In this document: positions 13,405-25,060 of the stretch, piece by piece
How the letters are laid out: every line of letters starts with the position of its first letter
Position numbering within the stretch: position 1 is the stretch's first letter
Origin: Lytechinus pictus
Taxonomy: Eukaryota
Assembly: GCF_037042905.1 (NCBI RefSeq)
Contig: NC_087245.1
Location: forward strand, 11,472,001-11,536,000
Length of the DNA stretch: 64,000 nt
Direction of reading: 5' to 3'
Program-made: the position numbers and the translations under genes
Notes under the pieces: generated by a model
What the model saw: the letters and a program-made list of their open reading frames with translations, nothing else
Database searches by the model: none
Told to the model about the DNA's origin: nothing

Positions 13405-15224
13405 TATCTGGGATTCCAGTATGCCTATATGCGCATTCCACCACGTTGAAATGCTGACTGTCAAAACCTATATTGTAAGAACACAACAAAATTGTTTATT
13501 TTATCCAAGAGGAAACTGTAAATTATAAAGCAATTTATTGGTTGAAGACACTCTTATGCATGCCGTACGACAATGACGTTGATTATACTAACTGTATATC
13601 ATGCATGTCATGGTCATTTTGGTATATGTATCTGGACTATGGATCACATGTGGGATTCTGATTTGAATCCCACCCCAGTATGAACGCCCTTTGACAATAC
13701 TATCCAGATTTGCCACATTCGACCCAAGTTTGGTAAATTATAGTTCCCGGTAGGAATTTGTTCCTAGCAGCTTTTACTGTGGAAGCCTGGGTAGTGGGTA
13801 ATATCCTCTACGTAACACGCTCTGAAGATTACGACTCGGCAAGTGCTTTTAAATATCATTGGGATCAGTGTCAGTTTTATTTTATTTTTCTCATAGATCA
13901 GGGACGCGGAACAGTTTTGAAAGTGGGGGTAGGGGGGCTGAGCCGAAATTTTGGGGCTAACCATGTAGAAAATTACAATTAGATGGTTATTACATCTTTA
14001 TTCAAGTGTATCCTTTCCCGGACCTGTGGCCCAGCATGTTGATCGCGTGACCCTTTCCATTTAAACCCCAGTCTTGGGATTTTTTTCGTAAAGAAACCCG
14101 ATTTAATAAATTTCTTATTTGTCTCAATGATAAGTGTACCATATAGGCGGGTGGGTACATTAATGCGAGGGGTGGGGTCAATGGAGTATAGGCTTTTGAT
14201 ATTTAGATTCGAATAACTTTGTGTAGCCTAATGCATACTTGTCCTTCATTAAGAAACAACGGTTTACAAACATATCCCTTTATTTTGGGGTGCAGAATTT
14301 TATTTGCCATACTAGTAGTATGTACATCAAATAAATCGTTGCTAACTCATATACCAATCACACGAACCTCACCCGTTCCCGAACCATTCATATTCGCTCT
14401 AATTATCAAAATACTTATGAATGTCCAATTTGGACATAAGTAGAGCATACTTCTGTTTACTCACGATATCTCAATTTCTCACCTGTTATTTGTAAATTCT
14501 TCCAAGTCATAAGTCTCCTCTGAGTATCGTCATTCTCTCCTATCTATATATTATACACCGGACTGCATGTATAGCAAACAAATGGCACTCAAAATTTAAC
14601 GCCATGCACACCATGCAGTGTAGGTCCATGACGAGAGAGAGAGAAAATGTGCGACGTGAATCCTTCACAAAATGAGTTGAAATGAATCGAAAATTATTGT
14701 TTTATTCTCATGCTTTAAATCACGGAACCCCCGTTCAACGTATTTAAAATTCAGACTTGTTAAAAAGTACTTTTGGACATAACTGGAAATGACTGTATAA
14801 CATGCACGTGTTAGTCATTACTTTTGCAATATGAGACATCATCTTTATACATCCTTTTACGCCTATCCTCTCTTACCCTCCTTATTTGTCTATAGGTGTG
14901 TGGGTGGGTCTGTCTCTCTCTCTCTCTCGCCTCGTCTGATTACATAAAATATCAGTTGCGGATCCAGGGGGGGCACGCCCCCCTAATATTTGAGCGGCAC
15001 CGAAGTCGCCGCTCAAAAAAATAAAAGTAAAAGAAAGAAAAGAAAAGGCACCGCTTAAAACATTAAAGTAAAGGAAAGAAATTAAAGAAAAGGCGCCGCT
15101 TAAAAAAAATATACACTGATATGATATTAGCAACAGTAAAGGGAAGACTATCCCCCAGCAAAGCACAATCATAACCATCTTCCTTATCTTTTCTTTTAAC
15201 TACCCTTTTCCCAACAACTTCGCC

Positions 15225-15965
15225 GGTTAAAAATAATCAGCAGTGCGCTGCCTGCACATAACTGGCGCCAATCAATAATAATCAGCGCCACCTAAATCTA
15301 AATCGGCGCCGGACAAGAATAATCAGCGCCATCTGGTTATAAATCGGCGCCGGTATAGAAAAATCGGCGCTGCCTGAGTTCTTAACCGGCGCCGATCAAG
15401 GATAATCAGCGCCACCTAAATCTAAATCGGCACCGGACAAGAATAATCAGCGCCATCTGGTTATAAATCGGCGCCGGTAAAGAAAAATCAACGCTGCCTG
15501 AGTTCTTAACCGGCGCCGATCAAGGATAATCAGCGCCACCTAAATCTAAATCGGGGCCGGACAAGAATAATCAGCGCCATCTGGTTATAAATCGGCGCTG
15601 CCAGAGTCTTAACCGGTGCCGATCAAGGTTAATCAGCGCCACCTAAATCTAAATTGGCACCAGACAAGAATAATCGGGGCCATCTGGTTATAAATCGGCG
15701 CCGGTAAAGAAAAATCGGCGCTGCCTGAGTTCTTAACCGGCGCCGATCAAGGATAATCAGCGCGACCTAAATCTAAATCGGGGCCGGACAAGAATAATCA
15801 GCGCCATCTGGTTATAAATCGGCGCTGCCAGAGTCTTAACCGGCGCCGATCAAGAATAATCACCTCCACGGCTCCACCTAAATCTAAATCGGCGCCGAGC
15901 AAGAATAATCGGCGCCATCTGGTTATAAATCGGCGCCGGTAAAGAAAAATCGGCGCTGCCTGAGG
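15225..15965. repeat. Higher-order CpG-rich minisatellite (124-bp unit built of ~20-bp AATCGGCGCC subunits)
   Basis: The landmark CCACCTAAATCTA (CGACC variant at 15763) recurs at 15288, 15412, 15536, 15639, 15763 and 15874. Confidence 0.9.
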
Positions 15966-17293
15966 TCTTAAATGTTTAAGCCACAAAATTTGATTTATTT
16001 TCATCTTCCATTAAGTTAAATATTATTCATCTGATCACTCAGGAAGAAGTTAAAAACAAAGATAACGATACCTGTAAAACTGGAGAACTATTTCCAAATC
16101 TTTGTCTTGAAGGATCTCTTTCTGAATTCAGGTCATATATCCAGTTTCATCAAAGTAATTAGATAAAAATTACTTATCATTACAAATTGCATTTGATTTA
16201 GTGAAAAGCATCACAATGTATATATATAAATACCAAATTCTGTATACATGTATAGGCCTATACATCATGTACATGAAAATTGAATAATATATAAACCTGG
16301 ATTGGTGATGTATTCCAAATGATTCATGATGTAGTATCATTGTATATATATAGTTAAAAAAACTTGTATCTCAATTAATATACAAAAGTATTGGCCTCAT
16401 CGCAATAAAAGGGTTAGTACACGAGATTTTGAAATCGCACATAACATGCATAATTTGTGTTACTTTTTGCTTGTTTCTTTCTTTAACAAGTTTTTCAATC
16501 TCTCTCTATATATGTTTTAGAAAGAGTATATGTTTAAATTGATGTATATTTTCTGTTATAATGAGATATGTTTAAGTGGACTTCAGGGAATGGTCGTAAG
16601 CAGCAAGGGGAAGGGGGGGGGGGGCAAATTCCCGATCAGCTGTTGTGAAAACACATTTTTTCCTTAACATTTCATGAAAACTATGAAAAATGTGCAAATG
16701 TGAGATGTGCACCAAATACATTTATTACACTTGTAAAAAACAATAATCGCCCCATTGAGCAGCTCGGTCCGTTTACTCTATCGTTTTTTTTTTATTGTTT
16801 TTTTTTAAATATGTTCGAGTCTTGCCCCCCCCCCCCCCCCGGAAATATTATCTGCGTGTGGTCATGCAAAATGGCATGACTGGAAATCCTACATTTTGAA
16901 AAGAGCATTTGACAGGGTCAGACTTTACCCCTTTATCAACATTTTCTTTTATGGCGCCGGTGAAGAGCAAAAACATGTGCGCCGCTTGGCAGTACGCCCC
17001 CCATTTTGCCAAAAGCTGGATCCGCCTATGAATATGGTTATGGAAGAGAATTCTATTATTATTAAAGTCACATATAGTAAAATAGATTAAACTTCAGGGT
17101 CGTTTGTATATATAAAAAAAAACCATAATCAAGAGTATCTAACATATTTCTATACAAGATAATAATACAAATTAATCAATTAAGGCTACTTCTTGACAAA
17201 GTTATTCAAATTTTGTTATTGTTGTACAACTTTGGCAAAACTTTGAAATCGGAATATATGTTGTTGTTGTTGTTTTATTTTATTATCCATTAA

Positions 17294-17835
17294 AGGGGTG
17301 CTCCGGGTTGAAAACAATTTATCTAAATAAATAGAGTAAAATTCACAGAGCTAAATGCTGAAAATATCATCAAAATCGGATAACAAATAACGAAGTTATT
17401 AAATTTTAAAGTCTAGCAATATTTTATGAAAATAATGATATGCACGTCCATTTTCCCTTTTCTTATGTTATTACATGAAATCATAATTGTTTCATTTTTT
17501 CATACATGTGTGAAAAATGTGTCTCCTTTATAATGAAATAATTTGCAACAATGAATATCTAATGCACTTTTTTTCAGTTCTTGATAGAAAAAAAATGAAT
17601 AAACCTAATTTGATATAATAAAATACAAAAGAACAAGTGGGGATATGACATCATCATGTTGCTCATTGAATATTCATGAAGACGTGCCTAAAATTGTTTC
17701 ACGGGAAAATTGCAAATCTTTAAAATGCCGTAACATTGTTATTCCTGTCCGATTTTGATCAAATTTTCAGTGTTTTGTTTGTCTGATTTTTCTTTATCTG
17801 TTTAAATCATATTATTCTCAGCCCGGAGCATCCCT
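17294..17835. mobile_element. Kolobok-like MITE
   Basis: TIRs AGGGGTGCTCCGGG...CCCGGAGCATCCCT with TTAA on both sides (17290-17293, 17836-17839) and extended imperfect inverted arms. Confidence 0.8.
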
Positions 17836-19228
17836 TTAAAAGAAGATCCATCAGGATGAGAGTCCCCTTAAAAGTAGTAGGCATGTTAAACAGGGCCCTG
17901 GGAACGATTTTTTTTTTTACAGGAAGTGATGGTTTAAATTTGACTACAAAAAAGGGTTTACGTTTTAAAAAAAATATAGGTCATTTTGGTTACATTTCTG
18001 CCATTTAGCATACCTACCAGATTTTAAGGGGGTGCTGCCTATGGAAAAGAACACACGAAGCGTCCCCAAGGGAAATCGGGGGGGGGGGGCTTCAGAAACC
18101 CGCTTCCAAGGGCCATGATATTAACAGAACTTGAAATGAGAATTGGAAAAAAAAGAGAAGGTGTTCATGGTGATTTGACGAAATGAAACTGCATATAAGA
18201 AAGGACAATGGCAATGCTAGTAAATGAAAAGGGTTGTAATACAAACTTTTATATTTTTGTTTGCACCCGGCCAATGCCAGTTTTACTTCAAAAGGTGGTG
18301 CAGGAGTTTTGTATTCATTTTTTTGTCTTTTTTTTTAAATATAAGATACATTTTCACACATTCCCTGAAGGGTATAAATCTGCATCATGAAATGTTCCAA
18401 AAATGAAGTCCACTGCATTTGCTGCAGCCTTGAAGGTGGAAAATTGGTCTGGGTGCAGAAGTTGCACCAAAAAGGGGTTCCAAGCATTCATCTAAAAAAT
18501 GCAAAATTGCAGCTTTTTGTTTTTGGCATGAGGGACATTTCTTACAATCATAAGCTACATAAAACAATTCAGTACATCATAATACATTAAATCACAAAAG
18601 TTATAGTCGACAAAGAAAATCAGTATATATGTAAAACGTGAGATCACGACATTTGCATTGGGCATGTAGCTAGGCCTACTTTCTATCAAGCCCATAGGGA
18701 TCCTCTGTCTAGTATTTGGTTTTCGTCGACAAAAATTTTGGTCTATATAGTCAATCATGGGGTAGAACACTGTATATAGACATGTGCCTTCTGAGAAAAT
18801 TCCAAAAAATTGTCAACAGTTTGAACTATTTTACCAAAGTGATTCTCATGAACCCACTTTTTGTACGGCCCTATTTACACTAAAGATGACGAAAATAGCT
18901 ATATTTATTTATAGTATTTACAAGTCATGTATATTTATGCATGATGACAGTCTTTGGGCGGGACACATCTTTAGATGCCTTAAAACCCTGTTACAATATG
19001 GGCTTATGAATCAAAAAATACAAATGGACCTTTTTCGGTTGGTACTACAAAATCATCTAATAACAGACGACTTATTTGCTATATAAATTGCGAAACACTT
19101 GAGGAACAAGTACCTATACTGGTTTGTAATAATTATAATGATCTACAATTTATAAGAAATTTTATGTACATAGTAGACCCATCCCTCTTCTCCATATCTC
19201 TCAGTTGGAATCTTTGTCCACCATTATA

Positions 19229-19506
19229 GAGGTGTTGTGGCTCAGTGGATAAGTCTCCGGACTTTGAACCACAAGGTCCGGGGTTCAAATCCCACCACAT
19301 CACTCGCGTCCTTTGGCAAGGCGTTTATCTACATTTGCCACTCTTCACCCAGGTGTAGTAAATGGGTACCCGGTAGGACGGAATTCCTTGAATGCTCGAG
19401 AGCCCGATCAGGGTAGCCGTGCTAAAGCCAGGGTAATAGTATGCAGCGCTTTGAAACATTTGTATTATAAGCGCTATAAATGTTGCATAATATCATTATT
19501 ATTATT
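19229..19506 (+). mobile_element. tRNA-derived SINE
   Basis: Pol III A box TGGCTCAGTGG, B box GGTTCAAATCC, core CACCCAGGTG..AAATGGGTACC, 3' GCGCTATAAATG and an (ATT)n tail. Confidence 0.85.
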
Positions 19507-19650
19507 GTCGCCCTACTTTAAACATCTGCAGGGTGCCACCAATGATGATCACATGCCAATGGAGCGCTTCTGAGAGCATGGAGGAAATAAACAAGATCAT
19601 GAAGATCTAACCTGTCGTTCCATCCTCCTTTCCATGTCACATTGGACTTA

Positions 19651-20765
19651 TTAGAAAATAGAAGCTGGAATGCTGGTCCAGCGACATTTGATGATGAACC
19701 TCATAACTTCCCGGAAGGCGGGCATCGTTCCGGCATAGATCAGGGGATTGATGCAGTTGCTCATATAGAAGATGGGCAATGTCCAGGGAACCACTGGACG
19801 CCAAGGAGCCACCAGAATACTAATACCGAATGGCATGAAAGAGATGAAGAAAACAAAAACTATGACAGCGAGCCTCTTGGTAACAACAACTGTCTGTTTC
19901 TTGATTACTGCAGGATTCTTATTCTCGTGCTTTTCAGCTCTCGTTGCGACATAATTAGTTGAGTCTACCATCCCATCGCTTTGCGATTGTTGGGTCATTT
20001 GTGTATCTTGATCGTCGGCCATTGGTGACGAAGCGATTCCATGATCTTGAATGTTGTCAATGGAAACATCATGGGCTGGTTCTCTGTGGATGTGTTCCAT
20101 CCTGAGTGCTTTCATCTTCCTGTCGTGTCTGGCCACGAAACGATAAATCAATAGATAGTTGATAATAACAAGTGCAAACATGAAAAAGACACCAAAGCCC
20201 CCTAGAAGTGCGTAGAAATCTTTGAATGGATCGGTAGAAGAGTCCCATTGGCAAATTTTAAATTGGAAGGAGAACCCAAGCGTTCCAAAACCTGCAAAGT
20301 GTGGAATGACGACCCACAATGCGGAGTATATCCAAGAAAAAGTCATCATGAGTTTTAGATTTCGAGGTCGGTAAACTTTCCTGAATTTATAGAGTGGCTT
20401 TGTGATGAGAAACCAACGGGTAAATCCAATCATTGCCAACATGATCATGCTAACGGATAAGCAAGTGAGTCTGATGGCGGATATTAAGGTGCAGAACCAG
20501 TTTGGGAAAGCGCTGTCTGTCTTATCCAATATAGTTACAACGTGGAAAGGAAGAGAAGTACTTGACAGAAAGTCAGCACATGCGAGATTGAGCACAAACC
20601 AGTTGGTTGTCGATCGTAGCTTGCGAGAGAGGATGATAGCAAGTATATTGCAATCGAGTTACCAATCATCCCGACGATACATATCACTATGAAAATAACA
20701 GCAAGGATAACTCGTTGAATATAGTCATTAAAAACATATGAACTTCCATGTGTTTCATTCAACAT
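19651..20765 (-). pseudogene. Third GPCR paralogue with a 2-bp frameshift near the end of TM1 (recent pseudogene, null allele or sequencing error)
   Basis: The N-terminus MLNETHG...VFNDYIQRVILAVIFIVICIVGMIGNSIA is in one frame and ILAIILSRKLRSTTNWFVLNLACAD...GFTRW...NPLIY continues in another. An extra AT lies at about 20645-20648. Confidence 0.8.
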
Positions 20766-23406
20766 GTTGAATGTTGGTATAAATATCCACGAAATGTTAG
20801 ATTCCAATGTCTCAATTTTAATGGACTATATACATGCGAAATAAATCCTTTCAATCCGAAAATAAAAATGATTTTACTTGATCCATTTGTTATCTTAACC
20901 GATCCTCCTGGAGCTAAAATGAAACTAAAAGTGATCAAACTTCAATTTATGCTAACCAGTTATCAAGTTCTGTGACACGGCAACTTTGCTATAGGTCCCC
21001 AAAACATGAAATTTGAGGTCTGTAATAATAATAATATAGGGTATTTATGTTGCGCACATATCCACCTTGTTAGGTGCTCAAGGCGCTCCTGTACATGATT
21101 AATTTCCGGATTTTATTTTGCATCTTTGCTTCCTGTTCATTCACAGGAGGATTTATATATAAAAGTTTATTATTTGGGAATAAAATATGATTTGGAGTTG
21201 GGATTTGTGGTTTGTGAAATTAACATGCAGAATTGTTCTTTAAATACATTATTTATAACATTTAAGTTTAATATCAATTGCTTTATTAGATCACTGTAAT
21301 CGGATATACATTCTCAGAGAGTCTCAAAGTCATTAACTATTAAGGCTAAACTTCTAAATGAAATTAAATGAATGGTAATGAATAATGAGTAATGATAATC
21401 AAACCTGCACATGAATATAATCAAAAATAAAGTTAGGCCTATAGCTTTCATAAAAATAAATTATTTCATTCCCTTGCCAGTGATGACACCAAGCTACTAT
21501 ACATTCTTGAGTTGGAAGGTTCTCACTTTCCGTTGCATTGTGTGGATTGATCGGATCCAAATTTGACTATTTGTAAATGTAAATGATGTTGGAGCAAAAT
21601 CACTGATTAAAAAATCGGACCGAATTGCGATTACTTATTCACTGCGATTGTGATATCGAAAAATAGGTGTTATTCATGACTTAATCTCTTTCAAGGGTTA
21701 TGATATACCATGCTTTATTAGAGGATATATTTTAAAGATGCTTTTCTTTGCTGGGAGGAAGTTCAAGTCAGAAAATTTTATGAACCCGCAAATTCCGTAA
21801 TATGTAATAGGCCGTGTCCTTAGATCTTTCACAATACCCAATAGAATGGATGAATGAACGATAATATATCATCCAGTGGGGGTGACACCATCGGAAGGAA
21901 AAATATTGCCTATTTATTTTGACAGTAAAGACTTGGACCGCAAGTGAAGATTATGTTGTTTGGCATACAAATGCTGTGATGTTGTGGGGAAAATAAATCG
22001 AAGGAGTCAAGGAGGTGAGATTAATAATGTTGCACTATTTTGGAAAATTTATGGAGCGAAACAAGTAAGCGAAATATGACTTTTTTAATGATTCATGGTG
22101 TAATTTGGCGTATAAGGTTTTATTTGCCAGATTTTAAAGGAAGTTTATTGAAAATCATGATTCTGAAGGACAATGGCTCATCAAATGATATTAATGTTGT
22201 GTTAAATCACCCCCCCCCCCCCGTATACGCCAATGTACGAAATTGGAGGGGGGATATATCCCACAACGTTTGGGTTGGAGTAAGATCCAGTACATACAGC
22301 TAATATACAGCTCATACAGCTAATGAAAAATTTAGGTCTATTATCATGATTGGGAAATGCGATGTGTGCACTTATTTTTAGATGAATAACGTTATATGAA
22401 TTTGAATTGAATATGAAAATACCTGAAAAATAAGATATTTTAATGGGGAGATGTAATTAATGAGCTAGTAAGTGACTCTCGCATTATTACCCTGGCAAAT
22501 TGTGATTTTATGTACACTTTGTTCAGCCCCATCACCCCCTTCGCCATTTTGGCTTGGGCCCCCTAAATCAGTATCCACTATGTAGTTAGTCTGCGGTCCT
22601 AGCTGGTAAGCCTCATAGCTTGTATATCACACAACCTTCAAAGATTGAAATCCGAGCAGTTTTTATATATTGATGTGTCCCGTTTCTGCCTTTTAATTTG
22701 GTTTTAGTTTCAGTGTGATATAAACAACGTATCAAACATCAATATTTGCTCAGAAAAAGATAGATGATTTGCAGAAATTCAATTAAATTGCAATCTTTAG
22801 ATGTCAGTTTTGGTGTTTTCATATGATAGGATTAAGGATCACAAAATATAGTTGGCAATTGTCATTGTATTATATAGGTCTCCCAAAATTTTAGCTATAG
22901 ATCTTCGCGATCGGACTGTAGGCCTATTCATTTAGTGCGATAGTGCACATGATTTTGTTAGGGAGACGCATAAATCCTCTCAATGAATTCATACAAAGAA
23001 TCTTTGGAATGATCCATTGTATGATCAGTATCAGGCGCGTATCCAGGATATTGCACCCTGGGGGCCCGACCAAATTTTGGCGCCCCTTGAACTTTTCGGA
23101 AAATGGCAACCCCCCCCCCCCCCCGCCAGGCAAACATAGGTGACTTAAATCATGGACCCTATGCTTAAATGCATGTTGAATTCTCTTATTTCATAATCAC
23201 GTGAAAAGGGCAATCGAAGACCACTTTTTTAACGCGTTCATGAAAAAAAATATCCGTGAATATGTTGTAATACCACTTTTTGAAAAGAATAAATGCGACC
23301 AGAAATCATAGAATTTTAAGCACTTTGGGTTTCAATTTAGTTTAACTTCTCATCAGAGTGGTAGGCCCTACTAAAACTATGTTTGCAGGGGCTGTAATTT
23401 CTTTGC

Positions 23407-24240
23407 CAGGGGCGGATCCAGCTTTCGCCAATGGGGGGATATTTTCATATATATGTTTCCCTATCGGACATTCTAAGCACTTTTTGCAACCATGGACATG
23501 ATGGGTATACGTATATTTAAACAATTGATGCGAGCACAAAACGCGAACTGAAATTTTGTAATATTCTGGCCTCAAAGTTTGAAATCTATAAGTACTCGAG
23601 GTAATCAAGAACAGGATGGGTATCTATCTTAACATTTTATGTGAGTGCGAAGCGCGAGCTGACAATGTTTTTTAATTTCCTAAGCGCTTTTTGTAACCAT
23701 GAACATGATGGGTATCTAACAAATAATTTTTTGCGAGCGCAAAGCGCTAGCTTAAAATTTGTGATATTCCGGACCCAAACTAGACATTCTAAGCACATTT
23801 TGTAATCATGAAAAGGATGAGTGTTTATTAAAACAATTGTGCTTGCGCGGAGCGCGAGCTGAAAAAAATTGATATTCTGACCTAAAATTCGGACATGATA
23901 AGCACTTTGTGTAATCATGATCAGGATGGGCATCTAATTAGTCGATGCGAATTTTTTTTTTATATTCCGACCCAAAACTCGACATTCTATATGCACTTTT
24001 TGTGACCATGAACAGAATGAGCATCTATCTAAACAACTGACGCGAGCGCGAATCGCCAGCTGAAATTTTTTTTATGTTCCGACCTAAAATTTTGACATTC
24101 GAGTAAGCATTTTCGGTAATCATAAACAGGAAGAGTATCAAACAAAACATTTCATTGAAAATGTTTGATATGTCGATCCAAAGTTGGACTTTTTAAGCAC
24201 TTTTGGTAACAGGATGGGCATCTAACGAAGCTATTGATGT
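23407..24240. repeat. MITE-like left end followed by degenerate ~118-bp tandem repeats (GCGAGCGCGAAGCGCGAGC-type motif)
   Basis: CAGGGGCGGATCCAG terminus at 23407, then recurring GACATTCTAAGCAC...CATGAACAGGATGGG...GCGCGAGCTGAAA blocks. Confidence 0.65.
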
Positions 24241-24254
24241 GACCAACCTTAATC

Positions 24255-24776
24255 TAAGCGCCTCCCCCATGTGAATTTGGCACCCCAGGACAAACATCAA
24301 ATTGGCGCTCTTATGTCAAACATCAATTCAGTGCCCCTATGTCTAAAATCTATTCGGCGCCCCCTCCCCTTAGGCTGAACATCAATTTGGCACCCCTATG
24401 TTGAACATCAATTCGGCGCCCCTAAGTCGAACATCAGTTCGGCGCCCCATATTTCGAACTTCAATTCGGCGTCCCTCCCCCAGGTTGAACATCAATTCGG
24501 TGTCCCTATGTCGAACATCAATTCGGCACCCCCGTAGGTGGAACATCAATCCAGCACCCCTATATTGAACTTCAATTCGGCGCCCCCTAGGTTGAAGATC
24601 AATTCGGCACCTCTATGTAGAATTTCAATTCGGCACCCCCCTAGATCGAACAAAAGTTCGGCGCCCCCAATGTCAAACATCGATTTGGCGCCCCCCCCCC
24701 TTTGGTCGGCGGAAATCAAGTCGGTGCCCCCCCCCCCCCCTCCTACGTCGAACATCAATTCGGCGACCCCCCCCCT
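24255..24776. repeat. Minisatellite with a ~26-30-bp unit, consensus TGTCGAACATCAATTCGGCGCCCCCTA
   Basis: About 18 imperfect tandem copies visible. Confidence 0.88.
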
Positions 24777-25060
24777 TAATTCCTTCTTCTTTTTCCCCCT
24801 TATTTCCTTCCCCCTTTTTTCTATTTCTTCTTTCCCTCCTTTTTTCTCCCCCTTTCTTTTCCTCTCTTTCCTTTCTCTTTTTGGCGACCCCGTTTTCGCC
24901 TACCCGGAGTCCCGGGCTCCGAGCCCCCCCCCCCCAGAACACGCGCATTAGTATGATAAAAAAACTTCAGCTCGCGCTTTGTGCTCAATTTATTTATTTA
25001 GGTCGTGTGAGATTAGTGTCAGTGGCTTAAACTAGGGCGAAGGGGAAAAAAGGATTACAG

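Noticed and set aside
13620..13760. Possible additional SINE copy
   Set aside because: Only degenerate similarity (TTTGAATCCCACC, TTTGCCACATTCGACCCAAG), so boundaries could not be supported.
15225..15965. CRISPR-like regular repeats (also 24255-24776)
   Set aside because: The inter-repeat sequences are themselves repeated rather than unique spacers, no cas genes are present, and the context is eukaryotic. These are minisatellites.
19231..19305. tRNA gene (also ~46350-46423 on the minus strand)
   Set aside because: A and B boxes are present, but there is no convincing acceptor stem or oligo-T terminator, and each continues into a SINE body and tail.
4583..20765. GPCRs as opsins or canonical melatonin receptors
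   Set aside because: The residue six before the N of NPxxY, equivalent to the retinal-binding Lys, is S, F and Y. They also have NPxxY rather than the NAxxY of melatonin receptors. No gene symbol was assigned.
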